Source: Mammaliicoccus vitulinus
Lineage (GTDB): Bacteria > Bacillota > Bacilli > Staphylococcales > Staphylococcaceae
DNA: 32,000 nucleotides
Reading direction: 5' to 3'
Assembly: GCF_029024305.1 (NCBI RefSeq)
Contig: NZ_CP118974.1
Location: forward strand, 1,611,069 to 1,643,068
Part shown: piece after piece, positions 19,770-29,151 of the stretch
Numbering within the stretch: the stretch's first letter is position 1
Layout of the letters: each line of letters opens with the position of its first letter
Made by a program: the position numbers and the translations under genes
Notes under the pieces: model-generated
Told to the model about the DNA's origin: nothing
The model's database searches: none
The model's input: the letters and a program-made list of their open reading frames with translations, nothing else

Positions 19770-21059
19770 TTAAACAGATTCTACGTTACGATTAACTAAT
19801 GCATTAACATTTTCAATGATTGTACCACTTACAACACGACCAGGTAATTTATTCAAGTTAACTGATAAATCTTGGTCTTTTTTAACATCATATGAAATAT
19901 TTCTTGCGAAGTATTTCATTGATTCTTCCATAATAATAAGCGTCATCCATTCACCAGCACAACGGTGGTTTGTATGATAATCTCCTCCACCTTGAGGAAT
20001 TAAATCGAATGGACTACCATCCCAGTCGCTGAAACGGTTAGGATAGAATCTTTCAGGATTTTCCCATAAACCTTCTCTGTGTAATGTTCCGTAAATATCT
20101 AATACTAAGAACGTATCTTTTTCGATTGTATATCCTTCAAATTCGATATCAACCGCCGCTTTACCAGGTAAGAATGGTACGAACGGATAGAATCTTCTTA
20201 TTTCTTGTACAAATTTGTAAGCATAGTCATCTTCGTTGTTGAAGACTTTTTCAGCTTCACCTGGATAATCATGTAGTGCTTTAACACCGAAACTAATAAA
20301 ACGGTTAATCGCTACTAAAGGACGTACAACGTTCATTAAATCAATGGCACATAATCTAGAATCCATTAAGTTACCTTCGAAATCTTCCCAATGACTAAAT
20401 TCATGTAAAGCTGTACCTTGTGGAGGTGTTAATTTACCTTCACGTACTGCAATAATTTGATTTTCAAGGAATGTTTCTACTCTAGCTCTAGCTTGTTTAG
20501 CTTCTCTATAACCTTTAAATACGGTACCGATATTTTTAAATGAATCAATCATTGTATCCATATCTTGCGCACAACTTTCGATTTCTTCTGGAGAAGCGAT
20601 GATACCAGCCCATCTAAATCCTACTTTAGTTAATAGAATGATAGATTCTTTATAAACGTTTACTTCATCCATTCTTTCCATACGTTCAGTATTCATAAAC
20701 CAAGTACTGCGTGTAAGTTCTCTTAAGTAATCTAAGTTTTCTTCAGTCATTAATGACATAAATAACGCTTTACGGTCTATATGTTTTTTACCACCTGTAG
20801 TATGTATAGCACCTTTACCAAATAAAGTGTTTACAACACGTTTAGGTAACGTTCCTTGTCTTTCAGTTAACTCATTGTTATAAAAAAGTTCTGCAGCTTC
20901 TTTACCACTTATAACTACTGTTCTTCTTCCGCCTAAAGCTCTTAATTCAAAAATGTTAGTATCGAATTTTTCTAGTCTATTTGGCACATATTTATAACCT
21001 TCTTTTAAAACCTTTAACGTACTATCAAGCCCACGATCTTTTGGTATTTGCTTACCCAT
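19770..21059 (-). CDS. CYP152-family cytochrome P450 fatty-acid peroxygenase/decarboxylase (OleT-like)
   Basis: Collinear and highly similar to Jeotgalicoccus OleT(JE) as I recall it. Shared stretches are LPKRVVNTLFGKGAIHT, DSRLCAIDLMNVVRPL, YPFVPFLPGK and FDLIPQGGGDYHTNHRCAGEW (heme-thiolate Cys). The preferred start MGKQIPKDRGLD at 21059 follows GGGGG by 10 nt. The 25-codon extension in the track (to 21134) has no homology support. Confidence 0.9.
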   Translation of the reverse strand: MGKQIPKDRGLDSTLKVLKEGYKYVPNRLEKFDTNIFELRALGGRRTVVISGKEAAELFYNNELTERQGTLPKRVVNTLFGKGAIHTTGGKKHIDRKALFMSLMTEENLDYLRELTRSTWFMNTERMERMDEVNVYKESIILLTKVGFRWAGIIASPEEIESCAQDMDTMIDSFKNIGTVFKGYREAKQARARVETFLENQIIAVREGKLTPPQGTALHEFSHWEDFEGNLMDSRLCAIDLMNVVRPLVAINRFISFGVKALHDYPGEAEKVFNNEDDYAYKFVQEIRRFYPFVPFLPGKAAVDIEFEGYTIEKDTFLVLDIYGTLHREGLWENPERFYPNRFSDWDGSPFDLIPQGGGDYHTNHRCAGEWMTLIIMEESMKYFARNISYDVKKDQDLSVNLNKLPGRVVSGTIIENVNALVNRNVESV

Positions 21060-21134
21060 AAAGTCATTGCCCCCTATAATTATTTTAAATTTCATATACT
21101 TATATATTATTTCATTTTCTAAGAAAATAATCAA

Positions 21135-22331
21135 TCAACTACTATTATCAATTGAAAATTTTATATCTTTATCAACAATCGCATGTCTTTTTGACCATTC
21201 TATTAAAACCTCCGGGTATACTACTTCATCTTTAATTACTTTATTCATGTTCGCGATTGGAAACGTTAATACAAATCTCTGGTCAATCACTTCTTCTACT
21301 AAATTAAAAAATGATAGATTACCTTTAGTTGGACGTCCTACAAGATTAACGATTCCCGAATTTGCTACTTTATAAACGAGCCATTCAGCAGCATTTTCAG
21401 TATCTTTATCAATTAATACCGTTATATTTTCAAAGCGACTAAGACCGATAAAATCGATTTTATTTTCATCAAAATATTTCCAGTCGCCATATGGTTGATC
21501 AATTAAATTCTGATAGAATGCTTGCTCATTCATTTCTTCACATTGTTTAAACAAGCGTTCTAATTTATGCTTGTACAATGATTTATGACGCTCATGTTCA
21601 ATTACAACATGCGTATCACGTGTCTGTATACATTCTTGAGTACCGATTTCATAAAAATAAGGCATCAGAAATTCTGCAATACTTAGTTTATCAAATTTTG
21701 CACCTCTAAAATCAAATGTTATTTTCTTTGATTCATGTTGAACTTTAGATAAATGATATAAAGCTTCAACAGCTTGTTCAAACGTAATATTGCCTACGAA
21801 TTCTACAATAGGAACACCATCTCTCGTATATACATTCACAATATGATCAGAATTCAACGGATATTTTTTTAATTCAAAATGGTAATTTTGATTCCCTCTC
21901 TTAACATCTACTTCATTTTGAAAGGTCAAAATATGCCCCCACTCTTCACGATGGTATGGCTCATCTCCTAATAAACGGTTATATCGTTTCCTGCAAAAAG
22001 CAATAGGATCTCCTGATAAAGCTACAATTTCATCACCCACAACAAAACGAATATCATCCAATACTTCCGTTACGACTAAAGCATCTTTAGTCGCTCTTAC
22101 TTTAATACCAACTTGTTGTGCAAGTTCTTTTAAAGATTTTATATTTGTATTTAATAACCCAACTTCATAGAAATAATTGTTCATCACTTCAATAAACACT
22201 TGATCAGTTAATTGGGGTGAGGTAAAGATATTCTTATATTCATTATAGATACGATACTGCTCATCTACATTATCAATAGCATGTTCAATCTGTTTATGGA
22301 CATATTCATATAAAGACACATATGGAAGCAT
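21135..22331 (-). CDS. Cytoplasmic S41 (C-terminal processing peptidase)-like protein with both catalytic residues substituted; function unknown
   Basis: No signal peptide. PDZ-like segment GIKVRATKDALVVTEVLDDIRFVVGDEIVALSGDPI. The S41 core aligns without gaps: ITFDFRGAKFD against the DLRNNxGG motif, and VLIDKDTENAAEWLV...(25 aa)...VGRPTKGN against VLVNEGSASASEVF...GSKTFGKG. The nucleophile Ser position is Asn313 and the general-base Lys position is Asn338. SD GAGGTGA. A 75-nt gap with no hairpin separates it from the P450 gene. Confidence 0.5.
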   Translation of the reverse strand: MLPYVSLYEYVHKQIEHAIDNVDEQYRIYNEYKNIFTSPQLTDQVFIEVMNNYFYEVGLLNTNIKSLKELAQQVGIKVRATKDALVVTEVLDDIRFVVGDEIVALSGDPIAFCRKRYNRLLGDEPYHREEWGHILTFQNEVDVKRGNQNYHFELKKYPLNSDHIVNVYTRDGVPIVEFVGNITFEQAVEALYHLSKVQHESKKITFDFRGAKFDKLSIAEFLMPYFYEIGTQECIQTRDTHVVIEHERHKSLYKHKLERLFKQCEEMNEQAFYQNLIDQPYGDWKYFDENKIDFIGLSRFENITVLIDKDTENAAEWLVYKVANSGIVNLVGRPTKGNLSFFNLVEEVIDQRFVLTFPIANMNKVIKDEVVYPEVLIEWSKRHAIVDKDIKFSIDNSS

Positions 22332-22357
22332 ATACTCACCTCGTATTCATTTCCTAA

Positions 22358-22386
22358 ATTTTACTAATAACAGCCTATTAAATCAA
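22358..22386 (-). promoter_or_regulatory. Putative sigma-A promoter for the S41-like/P450 operon
   Basis: Minus strand reads TTGATT, a 17-nt spacer, then TAAAAT. About 27 nt upstream of the ATG at 22331 and immediately downstream of the pknB terminator. Confidence 0.45.
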
Positions 22387-22404
22387 CAAAAGTTATAAAA
22401 AATA

Positions 22405-22449
22405 TAAAAAAAACACCCAATCCGAAAATGATTCCAACGGATTGGGTGT
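22405..22449 (-). terminator. Strong rho-independent terminator downstream of pknB
   Basis: Perfect 12-bp stem ACACCCAATCCG / CGGATTGGGTGT with a 13-nt loop, followed on the minus strand by T8. Confidence 0.85.
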
Positions 22450-22492
22450 TTTATTTTATATTGGGATTTATGTCGCAAACTCTTTAAATTCA

Positions 22493-24484
22493 TTAAAAAT
22501 CATCGTAATCAATTGTATTACTTTCTATTTCTTTACCGTCTACTTCTACAAGATATTCGGCTGATTTCCCTTTTGGAATCGTGAAATTAATACTTCTTGT
22601 TGTATCTTTTTTAATCGTAAATGAATCTGATACATCTTTAATATCATTAGATTTATCTTTTACGAATATTTCTACTTTTTGACCCTTTTTCTCATCTGAG
22701 CCTGTAAATGGTATATAAACAGATTGTGTGTAAGTTTTATCTCTTATACTATCGTTATCATCGTCGGACTTATCCTTCGATTTATCTTTATCTGTTTTAG
22801 ACGCTTTGCCTTTAGAAACATCAAAATAAATAGTTGATTCTATTGGCAATTGATCATTTTTGTATGACTGTTTCACAATTGTATCTGCTGGTTCGTCACT
22901 ATCGACATCTTTAGTTTCAACTTTAAAGCCTAATGATTCTAGTTCAGAGGTTGCTGTGCTAATGTCCTCACCAGTGTAATCTTTTACATACTCTTGTTGA
23001 ACACCTATTGATTTCGTTAATATAATCATTGTATCTTTAGGTACAACCTTACTGCCGGGCTCTATATTTTGGTTAATAATTGTCCCGTTCTCTGCTTTAT
23101 CATATTGTTCTTTAATACGAACAGCTTCAAAACCTTGATTTTCTAACTGCTTTTTAGTTTTGTCAGCAGTTTTACCTACATAATCTTCTACTGTAAACGT
23201 CTTAACACCTTTAGAAATGACTAAGTCTACTTTAGACATTTCTTTTACTTTCGCACCAACTTTAGGCGTAACTTTCATGACTTCGCCTTCTTTGAAATTA
23301 TTACTAAAAGCTTCGGTGATTTCACCTTTGCGCAATCCTTTTTCATCTAATATTGCGGTTGCTTCACCTCTAGATTTACCTAACAAGTTTGGCACATCTT
23401 CGTATTTTGGTGCAGTTATTGCAAATCCTATTGCACCGACCAACATACACATTAAAAGGATAGGTATAAAGACAATCAACCATTTATTCCTTTTACGCTT
23501 AGGTTTTTCGTTTCCATGCTGTACGTTGCTATTCGTTGCACTTTGACTAGCTACAGCTGCTGCAACTGGTACTGTTTTAGTTTGGTCTTCTGTTTCATTT
23601 GCATTAACAATGGGAATCGCCTTAGTTTCAGAACTTGTATCATATCTCGGCGTTTCATCTTTTCGTTCTTCATCTAACGCAGTTAGAAGATCATAGTACA
23701 TTTCATTTGTATCACGATATCTCAATGTCTTTTCTTTTTGTGTTGCTTTCATGATGACATTTTCTATACTTTGAGGTATAGATGGTCTTTCTTTTCTAAT
23801 AGATGGAAGTTCTTCTTGAATATGTTTAATAGCAACACTAACTGGCGTTTCTCCATTGAATGGTGGATGACCTGTTAACAGCTCAAATAACACAATACCT
23901 ATTGAGTATATATCTGAAGATTCATCTGTAGATTGACCTTTAGCTTGTTCAGGCGACAAATATTGAACTGACCCCATTACATGGTTCGTTTCCGTCAATG
24001 CCGTTTCACTTAAAGCTCTCGCAATACCAAAGTCTAATATTTTTAACGTATCGTTTTTAGTCATTAAAATATTTTGAGGTTTAATATCTCTATGAATAAT
24101 TCTATGATGATGTGCGTGTCCGATGCCTTTTAATATTTGAAGCGTCATTTCAACTGCTTCTTCAGCTGATAATTTACCTTCTTTACATAAATACTCCTTT
24201 AAAGTAGGACCATCTATATATTCCATCACGAGGTAATAACAATTATCATCCTCTTCAACATCTAACACATTTACGATATTGCTATGACTTAAAATAGTTG
24301 TATTTTGAACTTCTCTTTCAAAACGTTCAACTGCTTTTTCTTTTTCATATGGCGGTATATTGATGACTTTAATTGCTACGTCGCGATTTAAGATATTATC
24401 TTTCGCTAAATAGACATTACTCATTCCACCGCCACCTAAATATCTCACAAATTCATAGCGTCCGGCGATTATGCGACCTATCAT
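22493..24484 (-). CDS. pknB: Ser/Thr protein kinase with PASTA domains (PknB/Stk1/PrkC)
   Basis: Hanks kinase motifs (GGGGMSNVY, AIK, HRDIKPQNIL, DFGIA, SPEQ), one TM helix (WLIVFIPILLMCMLVGAIGFAI), three PASTA-like repeats, and a C-terminal beta-rich domain with a low-complexity KDKSKDKSDDDND linker. The start overlaps the stp stop by 4 nt. Confidence 0.95.
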   Translation of the reverse strand: MIGRIIAGRYEFVRYLGGGGMSNVYLAKDNILNRDVAIKVINIPPYEKEKAVERFEREVQNTTILSHSNIVNVLDVEEDDNCYYLVMEYIDGPTLKEYLCKEGKLSAEEAVEMTLQILKGIGHAHHHRIIHRDIKPQNILMTKNDTLKILDFGIARALSETALTETNHVMGSVQYLSPEQAKGQSTDESSDIYSIGIVLFELLTGHPPFNGETPVSVAIKHIQEELPSIRKERPSIPQSIENVIMKATQKEKTLRYRDTNEMYYDLLTALDEERKDETPRYDTSSETKAIPIVNANETEDQTKTVPVAAAVASQSATNSNVQHGNEKPKRKRNKWLIVFIPILLMCMLVGAIGFAITAPKYEDVPNLLGKSRGEATAILDEKGLRKGEITEAFSNNFKEGEVMKVTPKVGAKVKEMSKVDLVISKGVKTFTVEDYVGKTADKTKKQLENQGFEAVRIKEQYDKAENGTIINQNIEPGSKVVPKDTMIILTKSIGVQQEYVKDYTGEDISTATSELESLGFKVETKDVDSDEPADTIVKQSYKNDQLPIESTIYFDVSKGKASKTDKDKSKDKSDDDNDSIRDKTYTQSVYIPFTGSDEKKGQKVEIFVKDKSNDIKDVSDSFTIKKDTTRSINFTIPKGKSAEYLVEVDGKEIESNTIDYDDF

Positions 24485-25224
24485 ATTTTCCCACCTTCAA
24501 ATGGGCATAATACTAACGAAATATTATCTTTACCTTCAGCTTCAATCGTTTCTTCTATAAGCGTTTCACCTATATCATCCGTTGAACCTTTATGTGACAT
24601 AATAATTTGTTGTACATCTTCTTCATGTAAATAGTCTGTTAATCCGTCAGAATTTAATAAAAGATAGTCATAAAATTTAGTATTATAATAAAAAACATCT
24701 GGTTTTACGCGTTTATCTGTACCCATTACTTTCGTTATAATATTTCTTTGAGGATGTGTAAAAGCCTCTTCTTTTGTAATTTCTCCAATCGTAACAAGAT
24801 GATTAACAAATGTATGATCATTTGTTAATTGCATCATTTCACGACTATTAACCAAGTAAGCACGTGAATCACCTATATTAGCCACAACGATATCTTTTTC
24901 GTAAACTAATACACAAACACAAGTTGTGCCCATGCCTTTGTATGCTTCGTTGTCCATAGACTCGTTATATAATTGTCTATTAATATCAGCAAGGTTGGAT
25001 TTTAACCAATTTTCTGCATGATCATATTCAATATAATTTTCCTCTTCGAATCTATCTTTAAGTGAATTATTCACAAATTGACTTGCAACTTCACCTGCAG
25101 CGTGTCCACCCATACCATCACAAATCACTAATAATACTTGTCCAGTTTGGTTAGTATAAATACCACCTGCATCTTCATTTTGTTCTCGAAATTGACCGAC
25201 ATCTGTAAAAAAACGTGCTTCCAT
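24481..25224 (-). CDS. stp: PP2C-family Ser/Thr phosphatase (Stp1/PrpC)
   Basis: PP2C metal-binding motifs EDAGG, CDGMGGHAAGEVAS, GDSRAYL and NSDGLTD. Conserved partner upstream of pknB. Confidence 0.94.
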   Translation of the reverse strand: MEARFFTDVGQFREQNEDAGGIYTNQTGQVLLVICDGMGGHAAGEVASQFVNNSLKDRFEEENYIEYDHAENWLKSNLADINRQLYNESMDNEAYKGMGTTCVCVLVYEKDIVVANIGDSRAYLVNSREMMQLTNDHTFVNHLVTIGEITKEEAFTHPQRNIITKVMGTDKRVKPDVFYYNTKFYDYLLLNSDGLTDYLHEEDVQQIIMSHKGSTDDIGETLIEETIEAEGKDNISLVLCPFEGGKI

Positions 25225-25230
25225 GATTTC

Positions 25231-26322
25231 TTACCTCGTTTCTTCTTTTCGCTCTTTTGCTCTTAGTTGTCCACATGCAGCATCAATATCTGCACCTTGA
25301 TTACGTCTTATTGTAGCATTTATGCCATTTCTTTTTAATTCTTTTTCGAATTTAAAGATATCTTCTTTTGGCGTTTTAACATAGTCACGTTCTGGTACGT
25401 GGTTAACTGGAATTAAGTTAACGTGACAATTTAAATGTTTGATTAATTTAGCTAATGCTTTCGCGTGATGCACTTGGTCGTTCACGCCACCAAATAAACC
25501 ATATTCAAAAGTGATTCTTCTGTTAGTTTTGTTGACATAATATTCTATAGCTTCCATTAATTTATCTAAATCATACGCTCTATTAATTGGCATTAATCTT
25601 GAACGTGTTTCATTATCTGCAGCATGTAAGCTCAATGCAAAATTAATCTGAAGTGATTCATCAGCGAAATCGTAAATTTTAGGAATAATACCTGATGTAG
25701 ATACTGTAATATGACGTGCGCCAATATTCAACCCTTTATCATGATTGATAATCTTTAAGAAGCCCATCATTTCGTCATAATTTTCAAATGGCTCACCAAT
25801 ACCCATAATAACTACTTGACTTACACGTTCATCTGTTTCATCTAAAGCTTTTTGAACCGTTAATACTTGTGCAACAATTTCTCCTGCTTCAAGGTTACGT
25901 TTCAATCCTCCAATAGAAGATGCACAGAATGTACATCCAATTCTACAGCCTACTTGTGTTGTAACACATACTGAATTTCCGTATTCATGTCTCATTAAAA
26001 CAGTTTCAATTGTATATCCATCTTGTAGTTCAAATAAGAATTTAATTGTACCGTCTTTACTTTCTTGTTTAACTGCTACTTCTAACGTCGTAATTTCAAA
26101 TGAATTAACGAGTTTATCTCTTAATTCTTTTGATAAGTTAGTCATCTCACTAAAAGCATTTACTCTTTTAACGTATAACCAATCAAAAATTTGTTTAGCT
26201 CTAAATTTCGGTTCTAATTGTTCAATTAACCAATCTTCTAATTCTCCTAATTCTAAAGAGTATATAGAAGGTCTTTCGAAGTTTGGCATAAACTTATTGC
26301 GTTTTTTCTGTATCGCTGGCAT
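25231..26322 (-). CDS. rlmN: 23S rRNA/tRNA adenine-C2 methyltransferase RlmN (radical SAM)
   Basis: Radical [13 protein letters not shown] cluster motif plus the C-terminal catalytic Cys in DIDAACGQL. Preferred start [15 protein letters not shown] at 26322 gives 363 aa (S. aureus RlmN is about 364 aa). The 41-codon extension in the track overlaps rsmB and is rejected. Confidence 0.93.
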   Translation of the reverse strand: MPAIQKKRNKFMPNFERPSIYSLELGELEDWLIEQLEPKFRAKQIFDWLYVKRVNAFSEMTNLSKELRDKLVNSFEITTLEVAVKQESKDGTIKFLFELQDGYTIETVLMRHEYGNSVCVTTQVGCRIGCTFCASSIGGLKRNLEAGEIVAQVLTVQKALDETDERVSQVVIMGIGEPFENYDEMMGFLKIINHDKGLNIGARHITVSTSGIIPKIYDFADESLQINFALSLHAADNETRSRLMPINRAYDLDKLMEAIEYYVNKTNRRITFEYGLFGGVNDQVHHAKALAKLIKHLNCHVNLIPVNHVPERDYVKTPKEDIFKFEKELKRNGINATIRRNQGADIDAACGQLRAKERKEETR

Positions 26323-26323
26323 A

Positions 26324-27634
26324 TTATCTTTCCTTTCGCTTAATTTTAGTAATAAAGAAACCGTCTGAATTATAATCTTGTGGTAATAATTGTAATGTTT
26401 TTGTCTCTTGATTGGTTCTTGGATCATTAAATAGAGCAAACTCAAATTCCGGATTTGCTTTTAAGAATGAGTAAACGACATTTTCATTTTCCATTTGTTC
26501 AATCGTACATGTTGAGTAAACAAGCTCGCCACCCGGTGCTACCGATTTACTTGCATTTTCCAAAATTTTCAATTGTAAATGCCATAAAGATTCTACGTCT
26601 TTAGCCGTTTTGTCGTATTTTATTTCTGGCTTTCTTCTCATAACACCGAATCCACTACAAGGCGCATCAACAAGTACATAATCATATGTTTTATCAAAAG
26701 GTTGTGTTGCGTCATGAACATCTGTTGTAACATTATTCAATCTTAATTTTTTTATATTAAAATCAATTAAATCAATTTTATGTGGGTAAATATCATAAGC
26801 ATCAACTTGACCAGTTTGATTCATCATTTCTGCTATATGACAAGTCTTCCCACCTGGAGCACTACATGTATCTAATACAGTACTGTTTTCTTTCGGATTT
26901 AAAATTTCTGCTACAAACATTGAACTCTTATCTTGGACGGATAATAATCCATCTTTGAATAATCGATCATTGACGATTGGTTCACCTTTAATGTGTAAAC
27001 ATCTTTCGATATCTTTATCCATTTGGACAGTATAACCATTACTTTCTAATCTTTCAACTGCATCGTCAATCGATATTCTTGTCGTGTTCACTCTAACAGT
27101 CGTATCAGGTGGTGTTAAGCTTAATAAACACATTTCTCTCGTTTTCTCATAACCAAAGTGTGTAATCCAATGTTTTGTTAACCATAATGGTACACTTCCT
27201 TCGATAGATAATTTTTTATCATCGTGCTTAATCTCATCTAAAGTTCTGAGTGGAGATGACATGAAGTTTCTAAGTATTGCATTAATTGCTTTACTGTTAT
27301 GCAAGTCACCACGGTCTTTTGCAATATTAACCGCTTCGTTAATGATTGCATGATTAGGTACTTTATCTAAATACACAAATTGGTATGCGCTCATAATTAA
27401 TAAACGTTTCATCCAACCTTTTAACTGTGTTTGAATAAAAGGTTCTATTAAGTATTCTAAAGTGATTTTTCTTTGTAACGTACCATATACTAGTTCAGTT
27501 AATAACCCAACATCTTTTTTAGAAATAGCTTCATTTTTAATCGCTTCATTAAGTTGTAGATTACTATATGCCTCGCCTGTCAGCACATCATCTAGTATCG
27601 TTAATGCAACATATCTTACATTAAATTTCATCAT
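26324..27634 (-). CDS. rsmB: 16S rRNA m5C967 methyltransferase RsmB (Sun)
   Basis: N-terminal NusB-like domain, SAM-binding [10 protein letters not shown], and catalytic [11 protein letters not shown] and YSTCT motifs. The start overlaps the fmt stop by 4 nt. Confidence 0.93.
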   Translation of the reverse strand: MMKFNVRYVALTILDDVLTGEAYSNLQLNEAIKNEAISKKDVGLLTELVYGTLQRKITLEYLIEPFIQTQLKGWMKRLLIMSAYQFVYLDKVPNHAIINEAVNIAKDRGDLHNSKAINAILRNFMSSPLRTLDEIKHDDKKLSIEGSVPLWLTKHWITHFGYEKTREMCLLSLTPPDTTVRVNTTRISIDDAVERLESNGYTVQMDKDIERCLHIKGEPIVNDRLFKDGLLSVQDKSSMFVAEILNPKENSTVLDTCSAPGGKTCHIAEMMNQTGQVDAYDIYPHKIDLIDFNIKKLRLNNVTTDVHDATQPFDKTYDYVLVDAPCSGFGVMRRKPEIKYDKTAKDVESLWHLQLKILENASKSVAPGGELVYSTCTIEQMENENVVYSFLKANPEFEFALFNDPRTNQETKTLQLLPQDYNSDGFFITKIKRKER

Positions 27635-28563
27635 ATTAATTTAGTCCCATCAATTTTTGATTGCAATCCGCTTAAATAATCACGTGATTTAACACGTTTT
27701 TTACCAGCTAATTGTATTTCAGTTAAAGCAACGCCATCTTCAGATCCAGTCGCAACAATAATCAATTCTTTTGTCGTTTCTACAATTTCTCCAGGTTCGC
27801 CTTTAACATTTTCAACGATTTCGCTTCTCCACAATTTCAAGTTCTTATCATTCATTGTTGTATAAGCAACCGGCCATGGAGATAATCCTCTTATATGATT
27901 GTGAATAGATTGTGCATCTTTAGTCCAATCAATTCTTTCATCTTCTCTTGAAATATTAGAAGCAAAACTTACTAAAGATTCATCTTGAGGTATGCTTTCG
28001 TTTGTTCCATTAAAAATAGTAGGTAAAGTTCGTTTCAATAACTCTGTACCAAGTACTGCTAGTTGATCATGAACATCTCCTACTGTATCGTTCTCTTTAA
28101 TATCAATCTCGTCTTGACTAATAATGTTACCGGCATCTAACTTTTCTGCCATATACATAATTGTGACACCTGTTTTCTTTTCGCCATTCATCACTGCATA
28201 ATGAATCGGTGCACCACCTCTATATCGAGGTAGTAAAGAAGCATGTACGTTGACCGCTTTATATTTCGGCGCATCAAGTAATGACTTAGGCAACAATTGG
28301 CCAAACGCAGCAGTTACAATTAAATCAGGTTTCAAATTAATAATTTCTTCTAATTCAGAAGAGTGATTTAATTTTTCAGGTTGATAAACTGGGATATCAT
28401 GTTTAATCGCTACTTCTTTTACAGGAGGAGGCGTCAAGACTTTCTTTCTGCCTACAGGACGATCTGGTTGAGTAACAACAGCAATGACATCATGCTCTTC
28501 GATAAGCATTTCTAAAACACCTGTAGAAAAATCAGGCGTACCCATAAATACAATCTTACTCAT
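27631..28563 (-). CDS. fmt: Methionyl-tRNA formyltransferase
   Basis: [14 protein letters not shown]-terminus and the [15 protein letters not shown] formyltransferase motif. The start overlaps the def stop by 8 nt (ATGAGTAA). Confidence 0.95.
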   Translation of the reverse strand: MSKIVFMGTPDFSTGVLEMLIEEHDVIAVVTQPDRPVGRKKVLTPPPVKEVAIKHDIPVYQPEKLNHSSELEEIINLKPDLIVTAAFGQLLPKSLLDAPKYKAVNVHASLLPRYRGGAPIHYAVMNGEKKTGVTIMYMAEKLDAGNIISQDEIDIKENDTVGDVHDQLAVLGTELLKRTLPTIFNGTNESIPQDESLVSFASNISREDERIDWTKDAQSIHNHIRGLSPWPVAYTTMNDKNLKLWRSEIVENVKGEPGEIVETTKELIIVATGSEDGVALTEIQLAGKKRVKSRDYLSGLQSKIDGTKLI

Positions 28564-29044
28564 CCTTATACATCTCCTCTAGTTCGTCTTCACTAATTTC
28601 TCTCGTCATTTTGTCAGTAAACAACTCACCGTATAGATGATCAACCTCATGTAAAATGATTCTAGCAACGTCATCATATGCCGTTAGTTCAACTTCATTA
28701 CCATTTAAATCGTTACTACTCACAACAATCATCTTACTTCTATTAACTTCTCCAAATACACCCGGAACACTCAAGCAACCCTCAACGTCCGCTTCAATTT
28801 CCTCAGATTGGGAAACAATCGTTGGATTGATAAGCTGCAAAATACCCTCTTGCTCCATATCAACAATCGCAACTTTAAGATCAACACCAATTTGAGGTGC
28901 TGCAATGCCGACACCATCATTTTCATACATTGTGTCTTCTAAATCAGAAATCAACGCTTTCAGTGATTCATCAAAAGTAACAACATCTTTAACTTCTCTA
29001 TTTAACATTGGATTTGGTACCGTAACAAGTGGTTTTACAGCCAT
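28556..29044 (-). CDS. def: Peptide deformylase (fmt-linked 162-aa form, catalytic motifs intact)
   Basis: All three PDF motifs are present: [18 protein letters not shown] and [17 protein letters not shown] lies 8 nt upstream of the ATG. Confidence 0.92.
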   Translation of the reverse strand: MAVKPLVTVPNPMLNREVKDVVTFDESLKALISDLEDTMYENDGVGIAAPQIGVDLKVAIVDMEQEGILQLINPTIVSQSEEIEADVEGCLSVPGVFGEVNRSKMIVVSSNDLNGNEVELTAYDDVARIILHEVDHLYGELFTDKMTREISEDELEEMYKDE

Positions 29045-29097
29045 ATCTATCGCTCCTTTTTAAAAACTCATCGTATAATTATAACGTAAATCAATAT

Positions 29098-29135
29098 AAA
29101 AAGCGACAGAGAATATTTATCATCCGTCGCTTTTT
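29098..29135. terminator. Hairpin with flanking A5/T5 runs upstream of def (bidirectional terminator-like)
   Basis: GCGACAGA-(12 nt)-TCCGTCGC (8-bp stem with one mismatch), flanked by AAAAA and TTTTT. It is the first terminator-like structure on the minus strand after the priA stop. Confidence 0.5.
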
Positions 29136-29151
29136 ATATAAGGTTAATTTT

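Noticed and set aside
21060-21134. Long N-terminal extensions in the ORF track. P450: 25 codons. Also rlmN 26323-26445, plsX 7446-7505, asp23-like 14782-14802, sdaAB 12621-12650, rnc 3447-3464, fabD 6467-6475, recG 10881-10889 and acpP 4722-4730
   Set aside because: The extensions lack homology to the known N-termini of these families, several overlap the upstream gene, and internal ATGs have properly spaced Shine-Dalgarno sequences.
17504-22404. The pknB-rsgA insert as a recognisable mobile element or genomic island
   Set aside because: There is no integrase, transposase, tRNA anchor or flanking direct or inverted repeats, and composition by eye is similar to the flanks. It is reported as a lineage-specific insertion only.
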